Shown: positions 37,200-47,281, numbered from the stretch's first letter. The stretch: DNA of 64,000 nt from Patescibacteria group bacterium (GCA_041671225.1 JBAZBY010000001.1:430940-494939); one strand, 5' to 3'. Translations and numbers: made by a program. Notes: a model not told the origin generated them from the letters alone.

Positions 37200-39542
37200 T
37201 TAATTGGAGATGCGTTGCGGAAAGTATTCACTCCCAAGGGGCTCTAGATTTCCACTGCCATTTGGGTTAAAACCATTCGATATTTCAATATAATCATCAA
37301 ACCCATCACCGTCAGTGTCTGTATTGTTTTTGTCGGTGCCATATTGGTATTCAATCGCGTCATGAAGTTTGTCGCCATCCGCATCAAAAATATCAACGGT
37401 TTCCTCAACGCCACCAGCACTTGCACCTCCCTCAAGCGAGAGAAAGCGATCCGTCGCCGTATTCAATCCTGCGATAAATCCAAAATTCCCAACGATAACG
37501 GTGCCGGTTTCTCCTTGGAGCTGATAGAGAAGTTTATAGTGCGTTCCTTCGGCCGTTGGGCTATAGTTGAAGTTTTCTCCGGTGACAATATCTATTAATG
37601 AAGGTGGTGCTTCGTTCCAAGCATCTGCCGTTGCAAGAAGATCATTTAGTGTCTCTGGGTAGATACCATTATCGACATAATAGTATTTGAGAAGATTGTG
37701 AAGCGTTGAAATATTTCCCGTTTGACGCTGATTCTCAATCGGCTGAAGTTCTTCTTCGGTTGGTAAGCTCAAAACAGTAGGTGTTCCGCTAAACTGGAAA
37801 GCTGTTGCGATATTTGTTTGATTTGGCAAGAGACTTCCTATGTCATAACGATATGGCATGAGAAGACTAATCGGGTTTTGTAAATTTTCTACGGAGGGTG
37901 GGCCTTGGAAATCGAGAAGATACCCATTCAAATTATCTGTGTCGAGATGATACGTAAAAGGCTTCTTGGTATATTGATCCAAAGGAATTTCTTCAAGATA
38001 CTTTGGGGTCAGTTGTTCAAGTGATGTAGGGTACGTATATTCGTTATCATATGAATAGTCCCGAAGAGCATTGCGAACCCGATTTACGCTTCCGAGTTGG
38101 TGGTAGGCTACCATATCGGCATCGGTGAGACCGAATGTCTCTTGTGCAATGGTGTCTATGTCAACAGCGTTTGTAGGATTCTGAATGATAATGGGTTGAT
38201 TGACATCGGTGAGTGTAAGAGAAAAACGCATCACTAATTGTTTATCAGGAAGTATATTCGCACTCGTTGGGATAAGCCTCAGCCAGATTTCTGTTTTTAC
38301 CGGCATGTCAGTTTGGGCATCAATCCAGACATCAACGTAGCTGTTTTGTTGAAGGGAATCTAAAAATAACAAGAATGCAGGATCATCATAGATTGCAAAC
38401 ACATCATCACTGCCGATGAATGGAATTTCAATTGATTGATTTTTTTCAGAAAGTATTTGTAGTGCAGCAGTGAGAGCCGGGCGAATATTTTTAGGATTGG
38501 TTCCGACACGAAGATGGCGCGTGTTGACGTTGTTGATCATTTCCTTCCCAAGATCCTTTCGTATCGTGAACAGTCCTTGCGTGACGAGCGCTGATGAGAT
38601 TTCTTGTGCGGTTTCAATCGTCGTGTTTTCTTTTGACGATGGTGGGGTTGCGTCCGGCGTTGTGTTGATTGTCCCAAGACCGAGTATTTCTCCAAGCGCA
38701 GAATCTTTTTCAAGATGTATCCACGTATTCAGGAGCGGAGTGAGATCTGTATTATTTCCCACAAGATCATTGGCGAGAGAGGGTAATGTGGAAATGAGCG
38801 CATAGAGATTATTCTCAATAAGACGCATTTGCATTGCGAATCCTTCATCTATTTCATTGAAAACGAATTGACCCTCCATACCGAATTCTGTATCGCCAAG
38901 ACCGTTGTTCGCAATGTCTTTTTTAAAAATACCGTTCATCGATAGCGTCATATCCATATTATTTGGTACAAATCCAAATAAGGAATCCAAACCACTGGAA
39001 GGCAAGGATGTTGCGATATTTTCGATACCAACATTTGCGGCGCTACTGTCGATTGAGAAGGCACTTTGTGCATGAGCGATATTCGGCTGTAGCCATGAGC
39101 TGGCGTTCGACATGTTCGTATTCTTTGTTGAGATGTTTTGCATCGCCTCGTCATAACTTTCCCAATCGATCGGTATGGCATCCGCATCGCGTGGTTGTAC
39201 GCTCACGTCTAGATCAATATGATATTTGGCAGATTCAATTGAAAAGAGTTGTTCAATTGTCTTTGAAAATACCGCCGTGGCACGATTGTTAAAGAATTGT
39301 GTTGGTGTCGGTATCCATCCCTGATACATGCCAAAGGCCGTGCCGCCAAAAAACAGAATCGCAAGGGCAGTAATGATTCCCCATATAAATCTTTTGCGAC
39401 CGCGTTTTTGTGGTGCTTGAAATCCGTCGCCTTGTTTTTGTGGTGCTTGCGGACGCTCAGGCGTCAGACTTGGTTGTGCTGGAGAAAAAATATCTTGAAT
39501 GTCAGCCATGCATGCAGTATAAACAGGTTTTTGAGTACACAC
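37200..39542 (-). CDS. large (780 aa) membrane-anchored extracellular protein with C-terminal thrombospondin-type-3-like Ca-binding repeats
   Basis: N-terminal TM (FIWGIITALAILFFGGTAF). C-terminal DADGDKLHDAIEYQYGTDKNNTDTDGDGFDDYIEISNGFNPNG. Confidence 0.6.
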   Translation of the reverse strand: MCTQKPVYTACMADIQDIFSPAQPSLTPERPQAPQKQGDGFQAPQKRGRKRFIWGIITALAILFFGGTAFGMYQGWIPTPTQFFNNRATAVFSKTIEQLFSIESAKYHIDLDVSVQPRDADAIPIDWESYDEAMQNISTKNTNMSNASSWLQPNIAHAQSAFSIDSSAANVGIENIATSLPSSGLDSLFGFVPNNMDMTLSMNGIFKKDIANNGLGDTEFGMEGQFVFNEIDEGFAMQMRLIENNLYALISTLPSLANDLVGNNTDLTPLLNTWIHLEKDSALGEILGLGTINTTPDATPPSSKENTTIETAQEISSALVTQGLFTIRKDLGKEMINNVNTRHLRVGTNPKNIRPALTAALQILSEKNQSIEIPFIGSDDVFAIYDDPAFLLFLDSLQQNSYVDVWIDAQTDMPVKTEIWLRLIPTSANILPDKQLVMRFSLTLTDVNQPIIIQNPTNAVDIDTIAQETFGLTDADMVAYHQLGSVNRVRNALRDYSYDNEYTYPTSLEQLTPKYLEEIPLDQYTKKPFTYHLDTDNLNGYLLDFQGPPSVENLQNPISLLMPYRYDIGSLLPNQTNIATAFQFSGTPTVLSLPTEEELQPIENQRQTGNISTLHNLLKYYYVDNGIYPETLNDLLATADAWNEAPPSLIDIVTGENFNYSPTAEGTHYKLLYQLQGETGTVIVGNFGFIAGLNTATDRFLSLEGGASAGGVEETVDIFDADGDKLHDAIEYQYGTDKNNTDTDGDGFDDYIEISNGFNPNGSGNLEPLGSEYFPQRISN

Positions 39543-39586
39543 AATGACTGGAAAAGTGACTCTTTATTTGATACACTTGTGCAGCT

Positions 39587-40591
39587 ATGGCAAATCCATA
39601 TACGGTGTATCGTTTCATTGCAGAGGAACAACGGAAGCACAAAGATGCGACCGGGGAGTTTTCTAATCTCTTCCGTGACTTGATCGTAGCCGTAAAAGAG
39701 ATCAACCAGCACGTGCGCAAGGCAGGACTCGGAGAGGCGCTTGGCGAGATGGAAAGTGAGAATGCAAGCGGTGATGCGCAGAAGAAACTTGATGTCATGG
39801 CAAATGAGATTTTAAAGGACGCCATGTGTCATGGCGGGCATTTGTGCGCTATTGGATCGGAAGAAGAAGCGGGGTTGGTATCGATTCCGATCGAGCATCC
39901 AACAGGTGATTACGTCATGTTGTTCGATCCGCTGGATGGCTCAGGGAATGCGAATATCGGTCTTGATGTGGGAACCATTTTTTCCATACGAGAACGCATG
40001 AGCCGAGAGAAGGAATCTCCCGGCGGTCTTGCGGATGTGCTCCGCCCCGGTTCAGAACAAGTTGCCGCCGGTTATGTGCTCTATGGCGCAAGCACGCATC
40101 TTGTGTTCACCACCGGCAACGGCGTGCATCATTTTACGTATGATCCGGCAGTGGGAGAATTTTTTCTGACGGAAGCCAATGTCCAATTACAAGAAACGAC
40201 AAAAGTGTTTTCTGCAAATTTGGCCAATCGCCATCTTTTTGGCGATGCAGAGAATCGATTTCTTGATGAGCTGACCGGCGCAACGGATCCATCCGGCAAG
40301 GGATTAAAATATCGCTGGATGAAGTGCATGGTGGCAGAGGTGCATAGCGCATTGATGGAGGGGGGCATGTATTTTTATCCCACAAAGAAGAGCGGGGAAG
40401 GAAAGATCCGCTTCTTGTATGAGTGGCAGCCGATGGCAATGCTTTTTGAGCAGGCCGGGGGCGCATCAACTGATGGCACACAGAGTCTCCTCACACGCGT
40501 TCCAACGGAACTGCATGAAAAATGCGGTGGACTCATTGGTACCAAGGCCGCTGTTGCCCGCTACGAAGCATTAGTGAAGGAATACCGTTAA
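39587..40591 (+). CDS. fbp: fructose-1,6-bisphosphatase class I
   Basis: 334 aa. DPLDGSGN metal-binding motif and GGMYFYP region of class I FBPase. Confidence 0.9.
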   Translation: MANPYTVYRFIAEEQRKHKDATGEFSNLFRDLIVAVKEINQHVRKAGLGEALGEMESENASGDAQKKLDVMANEILKDAMCHGGHLCAIGSEEEAGLVSIPIEHPTGDYVMLFDPLDGSGNANIGLDVGTIFSIRERMSREKESPGGLADVLRPGSEQVAAGYVLYGASTHLVFTTGNGVHHFTYDPAVGEFFLTEANVQLQETTKVFSANLANRHLFGDAENRFLDELTGATDPSGKGLKYRWMKCMVAEVHSALMEGGMYFYPTKKSGEGKIRFLYEWQPMAMLFEQAGGASTDGTQSLLTRVPTELHEKCGGLIGTKAAVARYEALVKEYR

Positions 40592-40622
40592 GTGGATCGG
40601 GAACTGGACGGTGGGAATTACT

Positions 40623-41621
40623 TTACTGTATCTTCCCAGCGTGAATATCCATGACCGTCGTCAGGAATTCAACTGCGTGTTCTTTGTCGCGCTGAAACGA
40701 GTTACGTCCGATGACCGACCCATGCCCACCACCGTCACGGATCGCGCGGATCTCATCGTAGATTTCCGCATCTTCTTTCTTTGAACCTCCAGAGAAGATA
40801 ATCAGTCGTTTGCCATTGAACGCGCTCTGGACGACATGCGCGACCCGTTCAGCCAGCGTGCCGATAGCTACATTTTCGGATTCATAGACAGCTTTTGCTT
40901 TCTCATCTTCAATATGATCCGTTGGCAGTTTGACCTTGATGATGTGCGCACCCATCTGTGCGGCGAGGTGTGCGGCATACGCGATGATATCAATACCAGT
41001 CTGTCCCTCCTTACTCATACCCGAGCCGCGCGGATAGCACCACACGATGAGTACGAGTCCATGTTCTCGCGCCTTGGCTGCGACTGACTGTAGTTGTTGG
41101 TACATGTCGCGCCATGGTTTAGAACCCGGATAGATGGTGAAACCGACACCGACGCACCCCATACGCGCCGCATCCTCAACTGATGATGTCAGGGCAGGGA
41201 TGGGATCGTCTTCCTTCACGATCGAGTCGTGATTGTTCAGTTTTAAGATCAGCGGCATTTTTTTTGCGTAGCGGCTGGCAACGTGCTGAATGAAGCCATA
41301 CGGTGCTGCGTATGCGCTGCAGCCGGCCTCGATTGCGAGGTTCACATGATAGTCTGGATCATACGCTGCAGGATTCATGGCGAAACTGCGTGCGGGACCA
41401 TGTTCGAATCCTTGGTCGACCGGAAGGATGACCAGTTTGCCGGTCCCCGCGAGACGACCAGTCATTAAGATGCGCTCGAGATTTGCGAGTGTTTCTTTGT
41501 TTTCCGAGGAGTAGTGCTCCAGCGTGAGATGGACTGCGTTACTCATGGGGATAGTGTTAATAGTCGGCTTTATTGCTGGGGTAGTATACCATGAGCGCAG
41601 GACTTCCGAAATTCCTTTCAA
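40623..41621 (-). CDS. fbaB: class I fructose-bisphosphate aldolase (FbaB/DhnA type)
   Basis: 332 aa. LVILPVDQGFEHGP and the Schiff-base lysine region IIKVKLP of class I DhnA-type aldolases. Confidence 0.8.
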   Translation of the reverse strand: MKGISEVLRSWYTTPAIKPTINTIPMSNAVHLTLEHYSSENKETLANLERILMTGRLAGTGKLVILPVDQGFEHGPARSFAMNPAAYDPDYHVNLAIEAGCSAYAAPYGFIQHVASRYAKKMPLILKLNNHDSIVKEDDPIPALTSSVEDAARMGCVGVGFTIYPGSKPWRDMYQQLQSVAAKAREHGLVLIVWCYPRGSGMSKEGQTGIDIIAYAAHLAAQMGAHIIKVKLPTDHIEDEKAKAVYESENVAIGTLAERVAHVVQSAFNGKRLIIFSGGSKKEDAEIYDEIRAIRDGGGHGSVIGRNSFQRDKEHAVEFLTTVMDIHAGKIQ

Positions 41622-41688
41622 TAACCATAAAGTAAACTAAGTGCGTGAAAGAAAATGCTATTCTATAGTGTAATAGAATAAAGGTCGT

Positions 41689-42234
41689 ATGCCTGAGCCC
41701 ACTGACGAACAACTTGCCGCGGAAGCCCAACGCGGGAGCCAACCGGCCCTTACCGCGCTTTTTAAACGCTATACAGAAAGATTGCTTCGGTATGCAATAA
41801 GCATCGTCAAATCCGGAGATGAAGCGCACGATGTGGTTCAGGAAGCCTTTATCAAGGCGTATATGAATCTCAAAAGTTTTGATACAAAGCGGAAGTTTTC
41901 ATCCTGGATCTATCGTATCGTGCATAACGAGGCAATGAATCATATCCGTCGGGAAAGCCGTCGGCCCTGGATATCGCTCGATGCGGATACCGTTCTTCCG
42001 CTGCCGGCCAGCGAGAAGCCGGATCCGCTTGAAGAGCAGATGACGGCGGAGGAGAAGCAAGAAATGCAAGATGCGATTCATTCCTTGCCGGTGAAGTATC
42101 GAGAAGTTGTTGAATTGCGCTATCTGCAGGAATTTTCATATGAGGAAATTGCGGATATATTAACGATTCCACAAGCAACCGTCGGCGTGCGTCTCTCACG
42201 AGCAAAATCCCTTTTGAAAAAGAAGATTTTATGA
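41689..42234 (+). CDS. ECF-family RNA polymerase sigma-70 factor
   Basis: 181 aa. Region 2 DVVQEAFIKAYMNL...FSSWIYRIVHNEAMNHIRR and region 4 HTH YEEIADILTIPQATVGVRLSRAK. Confidence 0.88.
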   Translation: MPEPTDEQLAAEAQRGSQPALTALFKRYTERLLRYAISIVKSGDEAHDVVQEAFIKAYMNLKSFDTKRKFSSWIYRIVHNEAMNHIRRESRRPWISLDADTVLPLPASEKPDPLEEQMTAEEKQEMQDAIHSLPVKYREVVELRYLQEFSYEEIADILTIPQATVGVRLSRAKSLLKKKIL

Positions 42235-43001
42235 TTGAGCCAAATAACAAAAAAGATTTCATCGAAGAAACGCTTAAAAAAATTACTGAGCGTAAGATTG
42301 CCATGCGTTCAAAATCGTATTTTGTTTTGCGTGCTGCGGCGTTTATTGGTGTGGCACTTCTTATTGCAGCCATCACGCTCTTTCTCGCGAGTCTTTTCCT
42401 TTATTATCTGCGCGTATCAGGCGCATCCTCATTACTTCGTATCGGGCCGGAAGGTTTCAGTGATTTTCTTCGCGCGCTTCCGTTGTGGCTCTTGGCGATC
42501 GGATTGTTTGGCCTTGGTATTGTGCTTTTCCTTTCTCTTCATTTTCGGCTTACATTCAAGAAACCCCTTGCGCTGACGCTTGGAGGGGTGCTCATTGGCA
42601 TGGTTGCTGGGAGTTTTGCTCTTTCATATATTCCATTGCATGGTTCTATTTTTAACGCAGCAAAAGAGGGGCGCGCACCCTTTGCCACTCCCCTTCATCG
42701 CATGCTCGTGAACCGTGAGATTCCACACGCGATGGTCGGCGAGGTTCTTGAAATACGGGAGAAGGATATGACGCTCTTAACGATTGCTGAGCAAGTTGAG
42801 GTTGGTTTTGAGGACGAGACAGTCTTTCTTCCGGAGAGACCCTTTGCGGGTGATACGGTTATCATACACGGAGAAATTGAGGGCAGTAGCATTATCGCAG
42901 ACGCGGTCGTGAAGGTGGACCATGCAATCGGCGAGTTTCGGGGGCCGTTCTTCAGGCGTGATATGCGCAGTGAAAGAATGTTACCTCCCCCGGCGTATTA
43001 A
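42231..43001 (+). CDS. putative membrane anti-sigma factor (4-nt overlap with ECF sigma gene)
   Basis: 256 aa. Cytoplasmic N-terminus, 4 TM, C-terminal soluble domain. The position immediately after the sigma gene is the basis. Confidence 0.5.
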   Translation: MIEPNNKKDFIEETLKKITERKIAMRSKSYFVLRAAAFIGVALLIAAITLFLASLFLYYLRVSGASSLLRIGPEGFSDFLRALPLWLLAIGLFGLGIVLFLSLHFRLTFKKPLALTLGGVLIGMVAGSFALSYIPLHGSIFNAAKEGRAPFATPLHRMLVNREIPHAMVGEVLEIREKDMTLLTIAEQVEVGFEDETVFLPERPFAGDTVIIHGEIEGSSIIADAVVKVDHAIGEFRGPFFRRDMRSERMLPPPAY

Positions 43002-43003
43002 GG

Positions 43004-43549
43004 GTGAAAGGTCGAAAGAATAATCCCCCTAACACATACCCTTACATGAAAAAAGGTCTCCTCACTCTTACGCTTGCAGTTTCCAGTATCCTCATTGGCG
43101 GCGTGATCGCTGTCGCAACCACAAGCGCATTTGCGCAAAACAGCGATACTGCGGTACCTGCAGCTGAGACGAGTACCGCAACAACAGCGCAGGACACAAT
43201 GCCGCTGTTAAGCGCAGAAGAACGTGATGCCATTCACACGCAAGTACAAGAGCGTACTGCGGAAAAGCTTGGTGTTACGGTAGATGCAATGGATACAGCG
43301 CGAACAGAAGCGCGAACAGAAGTCTTTGCCGAACATGGCATTGATCTCGCAGCGCATCAGGCAGAACGCCTTGAGCGCATGACAGCGCATCTACAGGAAA
43401 TGGTGGATGAAGGTCGCATCACGCAAGAAGAAATGGATGCGCGCATTCAGCAGATCGAAGATGGCGAAGGTTTTGGTCCAGGTATGGGCCAAGGCATGCA
43501 CGATGGTCTCGGACATGGACATCGCGGCATGGGTTCCATGGACCTCTAA
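43004..43549 (+). CDS. secreted His/Gly/Met-rich protein (signal peptide; likely start at the Met at 43046)
   Basis: MKKGLLTLTLAVSSILIGGVIAVATTSAFA signal peptide. C-terminal GFGPGMGQGMHDGLGHGHRGMG suggests metal binding. Confidence 0.55.
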   Translation: MKGRKNNPPNTYPYMKKGLLTLTLAVSSILIGGVIAVATTSAFAQNSDTAVPAAETSTATTAQDTMPLLSAEERDAIHTQVQERTAEKLGVTVDAMDTARTEARTEVFAEHGIDLAAHQAERLERMTAHLQEMVDEGRITQEEMDARIQQIEDGEGFGPGMGQGMHDGLGHGHRGMGSMDL

Positions 43550-43576
43550 CACATTGGTGACTTTGCTTTTCCCGTT

Positions 43577-43610
43577 CAGGGCGCGTCAAGGGCGGCGCGC
43601 CCTGTTTTTT
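43577..43610 (+). terminator. rho-independent terminator CAGGGCGCGtcaagggcggCGCGCCCTG TTTTTT
   Basis: Seen directly after the stop of the secreted-protein gene. Confidence 0.75.
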
Positions 43611-43653
43611 ATTTGTAGTGCGTGTTACCGTTTGCATGAAGGAGGTGAATACT

Positions 43654-44076
43654 ATGAAAAAAAAGAAATCCGGCGAAGCTCAAAAAAAGGGTGGCAGTGG
43701 TATGTTTGCCTTTGCCGCCGCAGCCGCGCTTGCGGCAGCAACCTTTGTGTATTTGAAAAAGAAAGGCGTTGGCAAAAAGCACGCGCAGGTTGTAAAGAAG
43801 CACGGGCAAGGGCTCTCTGCATTGGTGAAGGGTGAAGGAAGGGCCGCGTATCAGGAAGTACGCGCAGTTGTTAAAGAAGAACTTGCAGAAGAAGATGTCC
43901 CGCCAACAAGAGCAGTGGTGCAACGCATCGTGAAACGTTCCCTGGCGGAATTGAAAAAGCATGGCCGTCTGACAAAATCAGAGCTTGATGCGCTCTCTGA
44001 AGAATTGATCGTTGATTGGAAAGGTATCACCGCTGATGCAAAAAAACCCGCTGCACCAGGAAGGAAGAAAGCGTAA
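43654..44076 (+). CDS. Lys-rich small protein with one TM (hypothetical)
   Basis: ATG 43654 preceded by AGGAGGTGA. MKKKKSGEAQKKGGSGMFAFAAAAALAAATFVYLKKKG... Confidence 0.5.
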   Translation: MKKKKSGEAQKKGGSGMFAFAAAAALAAATFVYLKKKGVGKKHAQVVKKHGQGLSALVKGEGRAAYQEVRAVVKEELAEEDVPPTRAVVQRIVKRSLAELKKHGRLTKSELDALSEELIVDWKGITADAKKPAAPGRKKA

Positions 44077-44087
44077 ACGATGAAGAA

Positions 44088-44114
44088 GGGCGCCCCGCAT
44101 CCGGGGCGCTTTTG
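44088..44114. terminator. bidirectional terminator GGGCGCCCCGcatCCGGGGCGC + TTTT between convergent genes
   Basis: Seen directly between 44076 (plus-strand gene end) and 44116 (minus-strand gene end). Confidence 0.75.
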
Positions 44115-44115
44115 G

Positions 44116-44910
44116 TTATTCTGCCTTATTGAAGCTCCAGAATGACAACGCGAACATCACAAGTCCAAACGCAAGAATCACCAACGCGTCGAGCCCAAGT
44201 CCATAGACAAGGAGTTGGTCTTTCACAATTGCGGGTGCGTCAGAGAATATGATATTGCGGAGTCCATCCACTGCGTAGGTAAGTGGATTCATTTTTGAGA
44301 GCAGACTCATCCATTGAGGCACGTTTGTGAGTGGGAAGAACGCGCCGGAGAGGAACATCATAGGGAAGAAGAGGAATTGGAAAATAAATTGAAAGCCTTC
44401 TGCATTACGCATGCGACTCGCGATAAGGAGTCCTAAAGATGTCACCGCAAAGGAGAGCAGTAGTGAGATGCCGAGTAGTAATGGAAGAGCGGTCCAATCA
44501 ATTGTAAAACCAAAGATCGGTGAGATGATGATGATAATAATCGCCTGGAACAAGCCAATGATGGTACCCGAAAAAATCTTGCCAAGGATGATGGACCATC
44601 GGGAGACCGGTGCCACGAGAATTTCTTTAAGAAAGCCAAATTCACGGTCAGTTACAATAGAGATGGAGGTATTGAGCGCGACACCGAGGACAGTTGTTGC
44701 GATAATGCCGGGGAACATGAATTCAACGAAGTTAAAATCAAAACCTTCGCCAAGTTGCAGTGTGGATTCTAGACCCACACCAAACACGCCTAAAAATATG
44801 AGGGGCTGTGCGAGCGATCCGATAATGCGAGCCTTGTCTCGGAAAAATCGGAGTAGGTCACGGTATGCTATATTGCGAATAGCGCGAAATTCGAGTTCTA
44901 ATGTACTCAT
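44116..44910 (-). CDS. ABC-2 type transporter permease
   Basis: 264 aa, 6 TM, ABC-2 permease signature region. 4-nt overlap with the upstream ATPase gene. Confidence 0.8.
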   Translation of the reverse strand: MSTLELEFRAIRNIAYRDLLRFFRDKARIIGSLAQPLIFLGVFGVGLESTLQLGEGFDFNFVEFMFPGIIATTVLGVALNTSISIVTDREFGFLKEILVAPVSRWSIILGKIFSGTIIGLFQAIIIIIISPIFGFTIDWTALPLLLGISLLLSFAVTSLGLLIASRMRNAEGFQFIFQFLFFPMMFLSGAFFPLTNVPQWMSLLSKMNPLTYAVDGLRNIIFSDAPAIVKDQLLVYGLGLDALVILAFGLVMFALSFWSFNKAE

Positions 44911-45932
44911 CGTCGGAATCCTCTTCGCTGCATGAATGCTTTAGTCTTTTCTTTGTTTGATGCTTCGTCTTCTCGGATTTCCCGACCGGTGAACTTCAGA
45001 AAGACGTCATCCATCGTCGGTTCGCGGAGCGCAACGCTGGTGACCTTTACAGGAAGATCACGGATCATTTTCGGTAACAACTCCTCGCCATTCTGTGCAA
45101 CAATGATGAGTTTTCCTTCTTTTGCTTCCGCCTGCAGCTTGAACGTTGCAAGGATCCCTTCCTGCGCCTTTTGGTTGTCTTCCGTTGTCAGTGTGATGAT
45201 GTCGCCGCCGACTTGCCGTTTGAGGTTCTTTGGAGTATCCAGCGCGATGATCTTTCCGTGGTCGATGATGGCGATGCGGTTGCAATATTCCGCCTCCGCC
45301 AGATAGTGCGTCGTGAGGAAGAGGGTGATGTCCTGTTCGTGAGCGACCTTCAAGATATATTGCCAGATGACGGATCGCGTCTGCGGATCCAGTCCTATGG
45401 TCGGTTCATCAAGGAAAAGCAACCGCGGATGATGCAGCAGCCCGCGCGCGATCTCCAGCCGGCGCTTCATGCCCCCGGAAAAATTGCGGACATAATCATT
45501 TGCGCGGTCTGCAAGTTCAACGATCTTCAGCAATTCTTTGCTTCGCTCTTCATATTCCGGCTTCGTGACGCCGTAAAATTCTGCATGAAAGCGGAGATTC
45601 TCATACGCTTTGAGCTCCAGGTCCAGTGTGGAATCCTGGAAGACAAGCCCGATCGCCCTGCGAACGGCAATGCGGTCATTCTTGATGGAATGTCCGTCAA
45701 TGCGCGCGTCTCCTTCGGTTGCCCGGAGAATGGTAGCGAGCATGTTGATGGTGGTGGTCTTTCCTGCTCCGTTCGGTCCAAGAAAACCAAAGACTTCGCC
45801 TTCTCCGACAGAAAAAGAAATGTGATCAACGGCAGTGAAGTCGCCGAATGTACGGGTCAGGCCATCTACTTCAAGGATATTGCTTTCTGTCATACGGGGA
45901 AGAAGAATAGCATGGAACCGGTTTCCGGACAA
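44907..45932 (-). CDS. ABC transporter ATP-binding protein
   Basis: Walker A GPNGAGKTT, ABC signature FSGGMKRRL, Walker B LLFLDEPT, H-loop. Confidence 0.9.
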   Translation of the reverse strand: MSGNRFHAILLPRMTESNILEVDGLTRTFGDFTAVDHISFSVGEGEVFGFLGPNGAGKTTTINMLATILRATEGDARIDGHSIKNDRIAVRRAIGLVFQDSTLDLELKAYENLRFHAEFYGVTKPEYEERSKELLKIVELADRANDYVRNFSGGMKRRLEIARGLLHHPRLLFLDEPTIGLDPQTRSVIWQYILKVAHEQDITLFLTTHYLAEAEYCNRIAIIDHGKIIALDTPKNLKRQVGGDIITLTTEDNQKAQEGILATFKLQAEAKEGKLIIVAQNGEELLPKMIRDLPVKVTSVALREPTMDDVFLKFTGREIREDEASNKEKTKAFMQRRGFRR

Positions 45933-46005
45933 CCCCCGCAGGTCGCGCAGATTTGACAGCTTTCATATCCTTCGGTAGAATCGTGAGCACGCATATATCT
46001 TTGTT

Positions 46006-46242
46006 ATGGCACAGATTTGTGAAATCACAGGAAAGCAGGCACAAACCGGAAACAGCCGGAGCCATTCAAATATCGCCTCAAAGCGACGTTTTAAGGTGAA
46101 TCTGCATAAGAAAAAGGTATTGAATCCGGCAACGAGTCGTTTTATGACTGTGAAAATCTCAACGAGCGGCATGAAACTCCTGAATAAGTGGGATCGTGAA
46201 GGGAAACAATATGATCTCCGTGATTTTGTAACGAAGATATAG
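46006..46242 (+). CDS. rpmB: 50S ribosomal protein L28
   Basis: 78 aa. MAQICEITGKQAQTGNSRSHSNIASKRRFKVNLHKKKV matches the L28 family pattern. Confidence 0.9.
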   Translation: MAQICEITGKQAQTGNSRSHSNIASKRRFKVNLHKKKVLNPATSRFMTVKISTSGMKLLNKWDREGKQYDLRDFVTKI

Positions 46243-46263
46243 GAGAATAGAGAGAGTAAGAGG

Positions 46264-46289
46264 AATCCGCGCGCGACGCGGATTTTTTT
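46264..46289 (+). terminator. rho-independent terminator AATCCGCGcgcgaCGCGGATT TTTTTT after rpmB
   Basis: Seen directly. Confidence 0.75.
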
Positions 46290-46331
46290 GTGTATTCTTT
46301 GTAAAGAGAAAATTATGTATACTCCCCCTGC

Positions 46332-47279
46332 ATGAAACACGTTGAAGAGCTTCTGAATATTCCGCAGCATCTCAAGAGCCTCCACCGCCGTGAGGTGAAT
46401 TTGCTGTGGTATGGCCCGAGCCGCCTCTTTGGCATTCGGCAGGCTCAGGATAACAAAAATTCTGGTTTTATCGGTGTCATAAGAATTGCTATGCGCGAGC
46501 ATGACGCAGTGAAGCATGGGCTCATGACGGATCTCACACTGGAAGATGAAGCTCACGAGGAGCTTGCAAAGGAGCTCATTGCGCACGCAGAGGAGGAATT
46601 GAAGAAACACGGCGCAACAAAGATCGATGCCGTGGTGCTTGATGGAGATAAACGCACGCATCCTTTTCAGGAATCTGGCTATTGGCCACAACGCAAGACC
46701 GTGGTGATCGAATGGGATTTGGGCAGGCTCCCTGCGTCAGCGCCGCTTGATGGTATAGCGTATGAAGAGACCGATGCCCCGCCAGCTGAAGAAGCGGCAG
46801 ATTTCATCCTCTCTTCATATCAGCCGTACTGGCGTTGGTGGAAGAATGACTTGTCCGACCGGCCGTGGGAGCGTATTGATTACCCGGCGGCAGAACCAAG
46901 CATCGCGGAAAAAGAAAACCTCGCGAAGAATCGAGAGAAGGTGATCGCAATGCTCCGCGCTTTTAACAAAGAAGTTCCGCAGCGTATGATCCTTGCTCGC
47001 AAAGGAGGAGAGATTATTGGGCTCTGTGATGCAAAGCTTACCCATGATGAACAATTTGATTGGGGCGTGCTCATGAAGCGTGATCATCCAGGCGCGGGCT
47101 TTGGCACATCATTGCTTATCCCTATGTTGCAGTGGTTAAAGGATCATGGACGCAAAACCGCAGAGATAACGACGACGTCCGGCATGGATGACTTTGACCC
47201 CACGGTGTATCTTTATGTGCAGTCGTGCGGTGGCGCGATCCGTGGTGAGTTTATTAATTTGGTAAAAAGGAAGTTGTAA
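46332..47279 (+). CDS. GNAT-like acetyltransferase-fold protein (tentative)
   Basis: 315 aa. C-terminal half LCDAKLTHDEQFDWGVLMKRDHPGAGFGTSLL resembles GNAT motif A. Weak. Confidence 0.4.
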   Translation: MKHVEELLNIPQHLKSLHRREVNLLWYGPSRLFGIRQAQDNKNSGFIGVIRIAMREHDAVKHGLMTDLTLEDEAHEELAKELIAHAEEELKKHGATKIDAVVLDGDKRTHPFQESGYWPQRKTVVIEWDLGRLPASAPLDGIAYEETDAPPAEEAADFILSSYQPYWRWWKNDLSDRPWERIDYPAAEPSIAEKENLAKNREKVIAMLRAFNKEVPQRMILARKGGEIIGLCDAKLTHDEQFDWGVLMKRDHPGAGFGTSLLIPMLQWLKDHGRKTAEITTTSGMDDFDPTVYLYVQSCGGAIRGEFINLVKRKL

Positions 47280-47281
47280 AG

